From Coleofasciculus sp. B1-GNL1-01 (GTDB lineage: Bacteria; Cyanobacteriota; Cyanobacteriia; Cyanobacteriales; Coleofasciculaceae): a stretch of 64,000 nucleotides of DNA. The stretch lies in NCBI GenBank assembly GCA_040220235.1, contig JAVJTO010000088.1. One strand, 5' to 3'. The notes below the pieces were generated by a model that saw only the letters and a program-made list of their open reading frames with translations, was not told where the DNA came from and made no database searches. Below are positions 11,005 to 21,421 of the stretch, one piece after another. Made by a program: the position numbers and the translations under genes. Each line of letters begins with the position of its first letter. The stretch's first letter is position 1.

Positions 11005-11784
11005 ATGGTCAATATCCAACAACTGAAACAATGGAAACAACAAGGGCGTCCGTTGGTCGTCTTGACCGCTTGGGATTATGCGATCGCACAATTATTAGAT
11101 GCGGCGGGAGTGGATATTATTCTGGTTGGGGATTCCTTGGGAATGGTCACATTGGGGTATGAGACCACATTACCTGTGACGTTGGATGAGATGCTGCACC
11201 ATGCTAAAGCCGTGCGTCGGGGTGTAAAACAGGCATTCGTGGTGTGCGATTTACCCTTTTTAAGTTATCAGGAAAGTTTACAACAAGCCATGCACTCGGC
11301 GGGTCGGGTATTGAAGGAAACCGGGGCGCAGGCGGTAAAGTTAGAAGGCGGACATCCAGCTATAGCCCAAACGGTAGCCCATTTAACGGCGGCGGGAATT
11401 CCGGTGATGGGTCATGTGGGGTTGACACCGCAGTCGGTACATCTTCTCGGTTATCGTCAGCAAGGGAAAACAGAAGCAGCAGCAGAGCGAATTTTAGCCG
11501 AAGCGATCGCCCTTGAGCAAGCGGGTGTTTTTGCCCTAGTTTTAGAGCATATTCCGGCGGATTTGGCTAGGAAGATTACACAAACCTTAACCATTCCCAC
11601 TATTGGGATTGGTGCAGGAGTCGATTGCGATGGACAGGTATTAGTCACCGCCGATTTACTGGGACTTTCGGAACGTCAGCCACCTTTTGCCAAAGTCTAT
11701 GCGAATTTGCGGCAAGTGATTACTCAGGCGGTGCAAGACTATAGTCATGATGTGCGAGAGCGACAGTTTCCAGAGGGGAAATAG
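11005..11784 (+). CDS. panB: 3-methyl-2-oxobutanoate hydroxymethyltransferase
   Basis: [31 protein letters not shown]. Confidence 0.97.
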   Translation: MVNIQQLKQWKQQGRPLVVLTAWDYAIAQLLDAAGVDIILVGDSLGMVTLGYETTLPVTLDEMLHHAKAVRRGVKQAFVVCDLPFLSYQESLQQAMHSAGRVLKETGAQAVKLEGGHPAIAQTVAHLTAAGIPVMGHVGLTPQSVHLLGYRQQGKTEAAAERILAEAIALEQAGVFALVLEHIPADLARKITQTLTIPTIGIGAGVDCDGQVLVTADLLGLSERQPPFAKVYANLRQVITQAVQDYSHDVRERQFPEGK

Positions 11785-11866
11785 TTAAACCAGATAGATA
11801 GTTTTGGAGATGTGAGCGTCTTTTGACTTTAAAATTTTCTTAGAGACTATACCAAAAGCTACCAAT

Positions 11867-12379
11867 ATGCAATCTCTGGGAAAAACCACACTATGGGTTT
11901 TATCGGTCTTGTTTATCCTGCTCGGGCTGGTATTTTTCGCTACTAACCTGTCTGCTGCACTAATGGCATTGCTGATAGGCGTTGTCTTGCTCCCTCCAAT
12001 GGCTCAGTTCATCGACTATCCACCATTCAAAGTCATTCGTTGGGTTATTGCAGGCGCAGCGTTTGGTTTATTTGTAGCGTTTGTTCCACCTTCAGAGAAC
12101 CCAGTCCAGCCACCTCAAGCCTCACCTACTCCTAGGCTGCAACGTCCAAGTCCAAGTCCTACTCAAAGATTAACACTAGAGGCTTTTAATCAGATAAAAG
12201 CAGGGATGACTTATGAACAGGTCATTGAGATTTTAGGAGAGGGGGAAGAAATCTCTAGAGTAGAAATTCCTGGGACGCCCACTACCGTCATGTACCAGTG
12301 GCAAACAGGACTTAGAAGTGTAAATGCCACATTCCAGGATAATAAGCTGATATCAAAAGCCCAGTTTAATTTAGATTAA
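11867..12379 (+). CDS. Membrane protein with C-terminal DUF3862/BLIP-like domain
   Basis: Three TM segments, Pro linker, FNQIKAGMTYEQVIEILGEG...LISKAQFNL. Confidence 0.7.
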   Translation: MQSLGKTTLWVLSVLFILLGLVFFATNLSAALMALLIGVVLLPPMAQFIDYPPFKVIRWVIAGAAFGLFVAFVPPSENPVQPPQASPTPRLQRPSPSPTQRLTLEAFNQIKAGMTYEQVIEILGEGEEISRVEIPGTPTTVMYQWQTGLRSVNATFQDNKLISKAQFNLD

Positions 12380-12425
12380 TCCGGCAAATATTGACAACTT
12401 CCCTGAGTAAGTCGAGCATAAAGCG

Positions 12426-13031
12426 TCAACCCAGCACCTGTTGCTCCTCCAACCAAGCCACTAAATCCGCAACTTGGAAAAAATCCAACAGCGCGACTCC
12501 CAACGCTTCCAACTGTTCTGTCGATAACCTGTGAATGCGATCGCGCAGTGAGGGGTCAACGTCACCCAGTCGTCGGGTTAGCTGGCGGAGAATCAAAGCG
12601 ATTTCCACGTCTCGCATCTTTTGTCGGTCAAACCAAGCGATTAAATCCGCAACTCCGGAAAAATCCAATAGCGCTACCCCCAACTCCTCCAATTCCTCGA
12701 TGGATAACGCCCGAACCCGCTCAATTGCGCCTGGGTTAACCTCACCTAGTGCAGCTTGGCAAAAATACTTGAGCAGCTTCGTAGATACGATGAAGCAGGG
12801 GGAGCAGAGGCAGCAGGGGAAGCGGGGGGAGATATTAGCTGTTCAGTTATTTCTGCCTTCTTGCACTAGCCGCCGATTGAGTTGGCGCATGACTAATGAA
12901 AGGGCTTCCTGTTGTCTTCCTTGTTGCAAGATATCTTGATAAATAACTGACTCGCGCATGATGTCCTCCCGAAAAAACCGACGTATCAAAGCTTTTTCAA
13001 ACCGCAATCCAGCTAAAATCTCCGCACCCAT
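12426..13031 (-). pseudogene. Rpn-family C-terminal fragment with two DUF4351 repeats, interrupted by a MITE
   Basis: EDIMRESVIYQDILQQG and RQLNRRL|GEV...LEELGVALLDF; the frame is restored if the 12750-12865 insertion and one CTAG are removed. Confidence 0.8.
12750..12865. mobile_element. Small MITE with CTAG (or TA) target duplication
   Basis: CTAG|TGCA...TGCA|CTAG; contains GGGGAGCAG units. Confidence 0.75.
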
Positions 13032-13114
13032 GAATGGGACTATCGGATCACTAAACTAGGATTGGGTGTATGTTGACCTACAATAAGGTTTTATGCTGTC
13101 CCTGACATGTTCCC

Positions 13115-14596
13115 CTAGGATTTCTTTAATTGAACACCATACCAATTTAGGACGGCTAACCATACTATTGATAGCAATCCCGCCAAACTCAAGGTTAAGC
13201 CACTATAGGGTACAAGTAACCCTAAAATCGGTAACACCATACCCGCGATCGTACACACTATCGCCGCCAGTGACGTTTGGCGATCGCGTCCTAATCCCCA
13301 AACCAATACCAACACTACCAACGAAATTCCTGTCCACGCTAACCTTGCATCGATAATCCGGCTAAAATAAGTCAAGGCTAGCAAACTAGCAAAAAATACA
13401 CCCCCTGCGATCGCAACATTCCGTAGGCTCAAGGGTAGGGAGAGATAGAGTAACAATATCCACCACAAAAATAATCCTGGCGCTAATAACAACAGACGCG
13501 GAATTACCCCAGTATTTGTAATCGGATTGGTTGCGGTAAACACACCGAACGGATTGCGAACCGATACATTATCCTCAAACAGCCAAGTAAACACCGTCCC
13601 CTCTCCCTGATTCTGCATTTGGGTGGGTATAATCCCACTGGCAAAATCCGCCTGGGGAAAATTAGCATCAATGGTGAGGCGAAAATTAGATAGTAACTGT
13701 CCCCCTGCATTGTAAACCCAGCGCGGTGCGCCTTGGGCTTGATAGGTTACCTGAAATTCCGTCTCTTCCCCCGGTTCTAAACGCAACGGAAAACTATAGT
13801 TATTTGGATTTGTCGGTTCGAGTCGCCTTCCCTGCTGTTCGACTCGGAAATTTTGTAATAATGAATAACCGTAGGGTGGTGAAATCTCAAAAAATAGTTC
13901 TTGCGTTTCTGCCAGAGTATTAGTAACCTGATACGTAGCCGTAAAGTCAATCTGGTAATGATTCGTCTGATCCTGCCAATTGCGGATTTGATCAATTGTC
14001 ACCTGAATTTCAGACCCTGCCAAGGCTAACAAGCGACTGACTTCTTGTGTATCTTCCACCTGAACAATTCTGCCATTAATTTGCTGATTGTAGGTAAACG
14101 GTTCCTCTACCACATAGCGAACTTGCGGCGCAGATTGTTCCAACCGTTCCCCCGCCACAGTTGCTGCAATTTCCGCGACTTGGGCTTGTTCCCAATGGTG
14201 GTAACGATTTCCCAAAGTGGAACAGAGAAAAAATCCCGCCACTAACAGAACAACGACGACTATTCCATGCAATAATACTCGTAAAAGTTGAGAATAGCGG
14301 ACAACCCATTCCCCGATAAAAATCGATTGTTCCGGTTGAGTGCGGCGCAATGCAGCACCAATCATGGCAATCACGATTCCTAACGCGCCAACCAGTAAGG
14401 CTAGGGTTAGGAATGAACTGAGTAGCTGTTCTCCAAACTGAATTAACTCTTGAGGATGGGTGAGATCAGGTAAGCCGGGAATACCTTGGGCAGTTTGATT
14501 CATTATTATACAATTCCCACTGTGAGTCGTCGTTGGCATCTTGTGCGAAGACGACTGATTCTCCTTTAGAGTTTCTACAATAGGAGAATTCATCAT
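13115..14596 (-). CDS. Multi-pass membrane protein with a large extracytoplasmic domain (CreD-like topology)
   Basis: Two N-terminal TMs, a soluble domain, then ~6 C-terminal TMs; start uncertain. Confidence 0.7.
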   Translation of the reverse strand: MMNSPIVETLKENQSSSHKMPTTTHSGNCIIMNQTAQGIPGLPDLTHPQELIQFGEQLLSSFLTLALLVGALGIVIAMIGAALRRTQPEQSIFIGEWVVRYSQLLRVLLHGIVVVVLLVAGFFLCSTLGNRYHHWEQAQVAEIAATVAGERLEQSAPQVRYVVEEPFTYNQQINGRIVQVEDTQEVSRLLALAGSEIQVTIDQIRNWQDQTNHYQIDFTATYQVTNTLAETQELFFEISPPYGYSLLQNFRVEQQGRRLEPTNPNNYSFPLRLEPGEETEFQVTYQAQGAPRWVYNAGGQLLSNFRLTIDANFPQADFASGIIPTQMQNQGEGTVFTWLFEDNVSVRNPFGVFTATNPITNTGVIPRLLLLAPGLFLWWILLLYLSLPLSLRNVAIAGGVFFASLLALTYFSRIIDARLAWTGISLVVLVLVWGLGRDRQTSLAAIVCTIAGMVLPILGLLVPYSGLTLSLAGLLSIVWLAVLNWYGVQLKKS

Positions 14597-14610
14597 TTTA
14601 TCGTGTCACA

Positions 14611-15098
14611 CCCCTGTAGGGGCGACCCGCCGAATTTAATTAACACCACCCAACCCTTAATTATATCGGGTCGCCCTGCCTCGGGTATAGCCAATTATTA
14701 AAGACCCGGTAAAATTCGGGTATTTTTGATTAAGATAAAACACCGTAGGGGCAAAGATACGTAACCAATTAACACCACCCAATTCTTAATTTTATCGGTT
14801 TTTCCCCCTGTAGGGGCGACCCGCCGAATTTAATTAACATCACCCAACCCTTAATTATATCGGGTCGCCCTGCCTCGGGTATAGCCAACTATTAATTACC
14901 CGGTCAAATTCGGGTATTTTTGATTAAGATAAAACACCGTAGGGGCAAAGATACGTAACCAATTAACATCACCCAACCCTTAATTATGTCGGGTCGCCCT
15001 CCGTCGGTTATCATCTGAAACCCCATACATTTAGACGGGGGCGAGTCGAGATAGGTTAATTCTCGCACCAAACATTTGTGCAGCGACTCGCCCCTACA
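14611..15098. repeat. ~194-bp tandem units built from GTAGGGGCG REP-like inverted repeats
   Basis: CCCCTGTAGGGGCGACCCGCCG at 14611 and 14805, plus a partial third unit. Confidence 0.85.
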
Positions 15099-15324
15099 GC
15101 CTACACCCTACAGGTTGTTATGTTTTTACAGCATTGCAGTTAGAATTCAACAATTCCTTATCGAAGATGACAATCTTGACAATCCTCCTCTGCCCAATCC
15201 TTGCTACCCCCTGGTGCTACAGTAACTGTATAACCTGTACCGCTCAAATCCACGATTGATCCGCCGGATGAAACATTCTCGGCATGACAGATTATTGTAA
15301 AAGAGCAGGGTTAGTGTAACGATT

Positions 15325-17709
15325 ATGGCATCTGTACCCAATCCCTCCCTTGATGCTGGTTTAGCGGCTCTTAAACAGGGCAATTACGATCTGGCGATCG
15401 CACACCTGGAAGGTGTGTGCGAATTTGAGTTAGATGAAGCCATTATCTCCCGCGCCAGTGTCGCCCTCGTCAAGGCTTATCGCCGCCGGGGTGATATCCA
15501 AAATGCGATCGCGCTTTGCCAAACCCTTACCCAAGATCCCAATCCCAAGGTGCAACAATGGGCAACAAATACCCTACCGGAACTCATGGCGGAATCCCCC
15601 CCGCCAGCGAATCAGACGGGGTTTACGCCAGAAGCAGACACTTCAGCGAATCCCACCGGATTTGTTCCTCTCAACTCGCCTTCCTCCCCAACTAAACCGG
15701 GAACGATTAAACAGCGGTTAACCGATTCGGCTAAACGCCTGTTTACAGGGGGCAAATCGCAGCAACAGTCTCCGGGAAATCAACCTCCTCCCTCTCAACC
15801 CTCATCCCAACTCCCGGTTGCGTTCACACCCCCTTCCGCGCCCTCTGTCTTTTCCCCCAGCCCTCGGTTTCGCAACTTAGGGCGTGCAGAAAACTGGCGT
15901 CCGTTCAAACGCCCGAAATTAAGGCAATTGGGGTTAATTGGGATTGGAAGTGCGATCGCGTTTGCTTGGGTGCTGCGTTTCTGGCTAAAGTTTCTGATGG
16001 CAACCACCAATACTATTTTGGTGCAATTGCCGCTATTATCACCCATTCAATGGTTCTACCGTGATCCAACTCCAGCTTTAGTTGTTTTGGCGATTGTGAC
16101 GCTAATCGTCTCTCCCTGGTTAATGGATTGGCTATTAAGACAGGTGTATGGATTAGAACCACTCTCCGTCAGCCAACTCTCGGCGCGATCCTCAGAATCG
16201 GCTAAAGTGATCCAACGGTTTTGTCGTCAACGCCGTTTACCGTTACCGACGTTGGGTATTTTACCCACAGAAGCGCCGTTAGCGATAGCTTATGGGAATT
16301 TACCGCGCACCGCCCGAATTGTCGTCAGTGAAGGACTTTTATCACAACTGGCGGAAGATGAAGTCGCCACGATTTATGCGGCTCAGTTAGGGCATATTGT
16401 TCACTGGGACTTTATCTTAAGTTCTCTGGGAACCTTAATTCTCCAGTTTCCCTATCTCCTTTATTTATATGTTGCTCAAGGGGGAGAACAGTTAGCGGAA
16501 TGGATTCGGCGCAAATACCCCGCCACCCAACGAGTGTTACCGCCTTTGTGTTTAGGAATTAGCAGTATTATTTCCAGCTTAGGTTACGCCACTTACTGGC
16601 TACTGCGTCTCCCCCTGCTATGGTTTTCCCGGATTAGAATTTACTATAGCGATCGCGTGGCGATAGAAACCACTGGAAATCCCAATGGCTTAACCCGGGC
16701 GCTATTGAAAATCGGCTTAGGGATGAGTCATGCAATCCATCAAGCCGAACAAACCCGCCCTTTGTGGGAAAGCTTTGATTTAGTCTTACCTGTAGGATAC
16801 CGACAAGGATTACTTTTAAGCAGTTGTTCGCCTCATGTTCCCTTTGAACGGGTTTTACAGTGGGAATGTACCAACCCTTACCGCCACTGGTTAATTATCA
16901 CAGCCGCGCATCCATTATTAGGCGATCGCTTGCATTTGTGCGCTCGTTATGCTCTTCATTGGAAACTAGGTACAGAATTAGATTTACCCATACCACCACC
17001 GCCAATACGGGATAATAAAACACGCTGGTTGAAACTTATCGCCAGTTATGAAGCCTTTCCCTTATTTCAAAGTGTTCTATTAACCGGATTCGTTGTCGGT
17101 GTTGTACTGCGAATTGGGTTCTGGTTACTCGGTATTCTCAGTGATTGGCTATCTCGCTGGTGGATAACTGGATTCTGGCGGCTAATCTGGTTACACAACG
17201 CCGGATCATTTCTGGATGCTTGTATCCTAATAGCCTTTAGTTTAAGTATTATTCTCTGGATTAATCGTTACTTTCCCGATATCAAACCTGCGGCGATTCG
17301 TCACCAACCCAGCTTGGAACAAATGCTAGCTGATCCGAATGCGTTACCCTCTACTCATCAACCTGTGGAATTTACAGGTAAACTTTTAGGGCGGCGAGGA
17401 TTGCAGAATTGGTTAGGCGTGGATTTAATTATTGAAACCGATAGTGGGTTAGTTAAATTGCATTACTTTTCAATTTTAGGTTCTCTGGGTAACTTACTCC
17501 CTCTGGGAACTCGCCCTAGTGATTTAGTCGGTGAATCGGTGACGGTAATGGGTTGGTTTCGACGGGGGGTGACGCCTTGGATTGATGTGGAGATGTTGAG
17601 TACATCAGATGGGAAAATCAGTCGCGCTCATTATCCGTTATGGTTAGTGATTCTGGCTGTGGTGGCGGCGATATGGGCATCCTATTTAATTTGGACATTA
17701 CCTGCATAG
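15325..17709 (+). CDS. TPR + M48 (HtpX-like) membrane protein with degenerate zinc motif
   Basis: N-terminal TPR; AYGNLPRTARIVVSEGLL, AAQLGH, TGNPNGLTRALLKI, HPLLGDRL. Confidence 0.85.
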   Translation: MASVPNPSLDAGLAALKQGNYDLAIAHLEGVCEFELDEAIISRASVALVKAYRRRGDIQNAIALCQTLTQDPNPKVQQWATNTLPELMAESPPPANQTGFTPEADTSANPTGFVPLNSPSSPTKPGTIKQRLTDSAKRLFTGGKSQQQSPGNQPPPSQPSSQLPVAFTPPSAPSVFSPSPRFRNLGRAENWRPFKRPKLRQLGLIGIGSAIAFAWVLRFWLKFLMATTNTILVQLPLLSPIQWFYRDPTPALVVLAIVTLIVSPWLMDWLLRQVYGLEPLSVSQLSARSSESAKVIQRFCRQRRLPLPTLGILPTEAPLAIAYGNLPRTARIVVSEGLLSQLAEDEVATIYAAQLGHIVHWDFILSSLGTLILQFPYLLYLYVAQGGEQLAEWIRRKYPATQRVLPPLCLGISSIISSLGYATYWLLRLPLLWFSRIRIYYSDRVAIETTGNPNGLTRALLKIGLGMSHAIHQAEQTRPLWESFDLVLPVGYRQGLLLSSCSPHVPFERVLQWECTNPYRHWLIITAAHPLLGDRLHLCARYALHWKLGTELDLPIPPPPIRDNKTRWLKLIASYEAFPLFQSVLLTGFVVGVVLRIGFWLLGILSDWLSRWWITGFWRLIWLHNAGSFLDACILIAFSLSIILWINRYFPDIKPAAIRHQPSLEQMLADPNALPSTHQPVEFTGKLLGRRGLQNWLGVDLIIETDSGLVKLHYFSILGSLGNLLPLGTRPSDLVGESVTVMGWFRRGVTPWIDVEMLSTSDGKISRAHYPLWLVILAVVAAIWASYLIWTLPA

Positions 17710-17977
17710 ATGTTTGTAACTTTTCCCACGGCGATTAAAATCGGAAGTATGTCATCTTTGTAGGTTGGGTTGAGGAACAAAACCCAACATCATCGTTAGT
17801 AACCCCCTTTTACCACGGCGATTAAAATCGCTGCTACACAAACAAAGTCCGCCTACGCGGACTGGGTTATAAAAGGGGGTTGCTAACCCTAATTTGGTAT
17901 AAATCTTTTGTCACCTTAATGTCACTAAATCCACCCTTTTGTAGGGGCGGGTTTCATATAGTAGGGACATGGCAATA

Positions 17978-18168
17978 CCCATTGGTGTTAACTTAAGCGG
18001 AAAAACCCAAGCAATACCTTGACTCTACCCCACCCTAACCCTCCCCTTATCAAGGGGAGGGAACATTTCCCCCCAAAGCACCGGGGGGATTAAGGGGGGT
18101 TAAGATTAAAACGATGAGATTCAAAGTCTTATAGGGAAAACTTTTCACATTAAGTTGACACCAATGGG
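17978..18168. mobile_element. MITE with TA duplication inserted in a REP palindrome
   Basis: TA|CCCATTGGTGTTAACTTAA...TTAAGTTGACACCAATGGG|TA inside GTAGGGACATGGCA...TGCCGTGCCCCTAC. Confidence 0.75.
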
Positions 18169-18337
18169 TAATGCCGTGCCCCTACAGGTAGCGCCTGTGC
18201 CGTCAATTTGCGTAAGTCCTATTTTGCTTCATGGGAGAAGGGGAACCATCAGCTAATTTTCACTTATCTGGACTTATTTCTATCGGGTTATCATCTAAGC
18301 TAAAATAGAGGCGTCAAGCTGAAACAAGATCATTCCA

Positions 18338-18448
18338 ATGGTAGTCCGACAACCCCGATACAGCAAAGAAGAATTTGCTCAACGTGGTGACGAAATCATC
18401 GCTCATAACTCAAAAACATCTGTTCGTTCAATCATAAACCATTCATGA
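18338..18448 (+). pseudogene. 5' fragment of a small conserved cyanobacterial protein
   Basis: MVVRQPRYSKEEFAQRGDEI, then the frame runs into the convergent gene. Confidence 0.5.
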
Positions 18449-18786
18449 TATAAAATTGCCAAAAAGAAATCTTCATCTTTCACCTTATCGCAAACAGCTA
18501 TATAGCCAGAGAAAAAGGGGTCATCATCATAGGTAGTGTCTTTGAAAAACAACGTCAGTGAATTACCATCCGCACTCCAAATTGAACGGATAATCGTGAT
18601 ATTGGCATGATGCTCTCGCTCGATAGGCAGAAGTACCCAACGCCCCTCAATTTCCATAAATTCGGGTTCGTAATATCTGAGAACCGACTCCCATTTTTCG
18701 GGACCTTCATGCTTTTCAATAATTCTGTCCCAGCGCACAGATTTAATTTTTTCCAGGGTGTCTGTTGATACGTTAGCGAGTTTCAT
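18403..18786 (-). CDS. Hypothetical protein
   Basis: 127-aa ORF with protein-like composition (WDRIIEKHEGPEKW). Confidence 0.75.
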   Translation of the reverse strand: MKLANVSTDTLEKIKSVRWDRIIEKHEGPEKWESVLRYYEPEFMEIEGRWVLLPIEREHHANITIIRSIWSADGNSLTLFFKDTTYDDDPFFSGYIAVCDKVKDEDFFLAILYHEWFMIERTDVFEL

Positions 18787-18919
18787 AGTCTGGTTTAACT
18801 GAAAGAAGGAATATCAATCTGACTTTTTTTTTGCACGAAAGGAGGAGAATTAAAAGCCTCTCTCCTTGCAGGAGAGAGGTTTGGAGAGAGGTTTTCCAGA
18901 TCCCGTGAAGTCAGAATAA

Positions 18920-19492
18920 TTACGGTGCCATAACGTTCTCTGGAAACTGCCCAATCACATTACCCGCAGGCGAATATTGGCAAACCACATAGAAGGCATT
19001 ATACTGAGTCCCTTGAATGGTTTTGACGCCCCGTGCCGCACCACATCCTAATTGGGTGCTATTCTTCCACACCACCTGGGTAAAATGCCCTGTCTCCGAA
19101 GAAAATCCTGGATTGGCATAGTCATAGTCTGAAACCTCGTTATACCAATTTGTAACCGCTTGGTTCGCCAGGGTAGCGGCGTCTACAGAGGATGCTGTCG
19201 TGTACGAAACATAGAGGTTTTCTCCTGCATCCGAGTTACTGTGTTTTAAAACACCATTGCTTGCCAGATAATTCGCCCAGTTTTGAGCGCTGTTGTTCAG
19301 GGAATTACTCAGGGTCATATCTGGACTATTATGGGTGTTCCGATAGGTATTGTGCTGAGACAAGGCTGTGTTACGAAATGTACTTAGGTTTATCCCTGTT
19401 TGCCCGATAACGGGGTGAGTGCCGATTATCCCCAAGGGTATTATTGTTGCCAAGCCGAGACAAATACCTTTAACGAATTGCTGCGGATTCAT
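18920..19492 (-). CDS. CAP (SCP/PR-1) domain secreted protein
   Basis: Signal peptide; HNTYR, GENL, GHFTQVVW, VVCQYSPAGN. Confidence 0.93.
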   Translation of the reverse strand: MNPQQFVKGICLGLATIIPLGIIGTHPVIGQTGINLSTFRNTALSQHNTYRNTHNSPDMTLSNSLNNSAQNWANYLASNGVLKHSNSDAGENLYVSYTTASSVDAATLANQAVTNWYNEVSDYDYANPGFSSETGHFTQVVWKNSTQLGCGAARGVKTIQGTQYNAFYVVCQYSPAGNVIGQFPENVMAP

Positions 19493-19604
19493 AGGCTATT
19501 CCTGCTTGCAGATGGAAAAAAGTTGTATATCCAAGCTAACTGATCAATTGATTGAATGTCCAGGAGACGGTTCAAACCCCAGAGATGGTTATGATCAAAC
19601 AATT

Positions 19605-20990
19605 TTAGATAAAAATCGGACGCACAACTTTGAGAACTTCATGTTTGAGTTTAGCAAATAGGGTCATCGATCGCGTTTCGATAGAGACATAGCCTGTCAT
19701 TCCCGGTTTCATCGGATTCGTATGATCATTGGCAATCGAAAGTCGTACTGTCCAGATGGGTTTGATTTGGTTTTCATCGGATTGCAGGGCTGAGGAAATA
19801 TTTTCTACCGCCGTGGTATAGGGTTGTAGTTCTCCTTGTTTGTAGAACTTGACTTGATCGCCTTGGAGGATAAATTTTTCATCTTCTTGGCGAATCTTGG
19901 CAATGACGGTTAAGTCAGATAAATCAACAATTTCCATGATTTTTTCACCCGCAGGATGCCAGGTATTTTCCAGTAAGTCTAAGTCTTCGGTGGTAATGGT
20001 TCCCGTTGTATCGGCGACTAAAATTAGCTGATCTCGTCGGGAGAGTTGGCGCTGAACTTCTGCGGTTAATTCCTGGATTTGTCGTTGACGATCCTTAACC
20101 ACAAGTTGGGCGGCGTTCAGGTTTTCCTGGACGGATATTCTGGCGGCGGTGGCGGCGTTTAATTCCGCTTGGGCGCGGGTTAATTTATCGTTAAGTTCCT
20201 TGACAATGGATTGAATTTGGGCTTGTTTTCTGCTAATTAAACTGGTAAGTTCAGCCAGTTCCCCTTGGCGGCTATAGGTATCATCTAGAAGTTCATCAAC
20301 CCGAATCGCTGGAATTACAGAACTTCCCGCTTCTTGGTTCACGGCTTTGATGGTTTTCAGACGCTGCTGGCGAAGGGTGAGACTGGCAGAAAGTTGTTCT
20401 TTTTTCTGGTAAAGTCCTTGAATATCCCGTTCTAATGCTTGAATTTGGGGGGGAGAATTGCCTTGGCGGATGCTAGCCAGTTCGTGTTGGATTCTATTCA
20501 CCGCTTGACGGGCATTATTTTCTAAGACTAGCATTTCCGCCTGGTTTGCCCGTAAATCTTCGACTAATCGCAAGGCGTCTTGTAGGGCGGATTGGGCTTT
20601 TCCCAGTTCAGTTTGGGCATTAGCGATCGCGCTTTCGATTTCCTGGCTTTCTAGTTGTACGAGTTTATCACCTTTGCGGACAGGTTGATTGGGTTTGACA
20701 TAGATTTGTTTAATCACACCCGCTACTTTTAAGGTAACATCTTGGCGGGCGTTGGAGGTAGAGGTGATATCGGCTTCTCCGCGTACTGAGTGGGGGAATT
20801 CGGGGATAAAGGTAACGTATCCGACACCTGCCATAATTGCGGTAATTAGGAGCCATTTTTTTAGGTTAACAGAAGGGCGTTTTTCTGGTTTGGGCAAAGC
20901 GGGTGAATCTGAGGCGGGTTGTACCGGGGATTTAGGTTGTGGGGGTACAACTTTGAGTTGATTTTGGCGGGAATTAATGGAAGGGTTCAT
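19605..20990 (-). CDS. HlyD-family membrane fusion / periplasmic adaptor protein
   Basis: N-terminal TM, lipoyl half motif GVIKQIYVKPNQPVRKGDKLVQL, long coiled coil, MKPGMTG. Confidence 0.9.
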   Translation of the reverse strand: MNPSINSRQNQLKVVPPQPKSPVQPASDSPALPKPEKRPSVNLKKWLLITAIMAGVGYVTFIPEFPHSVRGEADITSTSNARQDVTLKVAGVIKQIYVKPNQPVRKGDKLVQLESQEIESAIANAQTELGKAQSALQDALRLVEDLRANQAEMLVLENNARQAVNRIQHELASIRQGNSPPQIQALERDIQGLYQKKEQLSASLTLRQQRLKTIKAVNQEAGSSVIPAIRVDELLDDTYSRQGELAELTSLISRKQAQIQSIVKELNDKLTRAQAELNAATAARISVQENLNAAQLVVKDRQRQIQELTAEVQRQLSRRDQLILVADTTGTITTEDLDLLENTWHPAGEKIMEIVDLSDLTVIAKIRQEDEKFILQGDQVKFYKQGELQPYTTAVENISSALQSDENQIKPIWTVRLSIANDHTNPMKPGMTGYVSIETRSMTLFAKLKHEVLKVVRPIFI

Positions 20991-21066
20991 GATGAAATAA
21001 TCCTCAATTTAATTGTTCTGTCGGGGCGGGTGTCATTATTATCATTTCTCACCTTACCCAGAGGTA

Positions 21067-21315
21067 AGCTGTCATGCATTTAAATTGGGTATTAGTAGCG
21101 AGCAAGATGCTCAATGTAGCGAGCAAGATGCTTGATTTAGCGAGCAAGATGTTTGATTTAGCGAGCAAGATGCTTGATTTAGCGAGCAAGATGCTTGATT
21201 TAGCGAGCAAGATGTTTGATTTAGCGAGCAAGATGTTTGATTTAGCGAGCAAGATGCTCGCACTACGGCAAGGATTGCGCCATTATTGATATTAAGGTTT
21301 AAATGCCAAATAGCT
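21067..21315. mobile_element. AGCTG-TIR MITE with internal 21-bp tandem expansion
   Basis: TA|AGCTGTCATGCATTTAAA...TTTAAATGCCAAATAGCT|TA; ~8 units of TAGCGAGCAAGATG(C/T)TTGATT. Confidence 0.85.
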
Positions 21316-21421
21316 TAACAATAATTTTGTTTTCCTGTAGGGGCGGGTTTCACGATTATCCTTTCGTCTCTCACCCTGATGGAACTAAACCCGCCCCGAC
21401 TCAACGCCGCATAAATACCAA

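Noticed and set aside
21095..21260. CRISPR-like repeats and the 67/71-aa ORFs
   Set aside because: Contiguous 21-bp tandem inside a MITE with no spacers; the ORFs are artefacts of the repeat.
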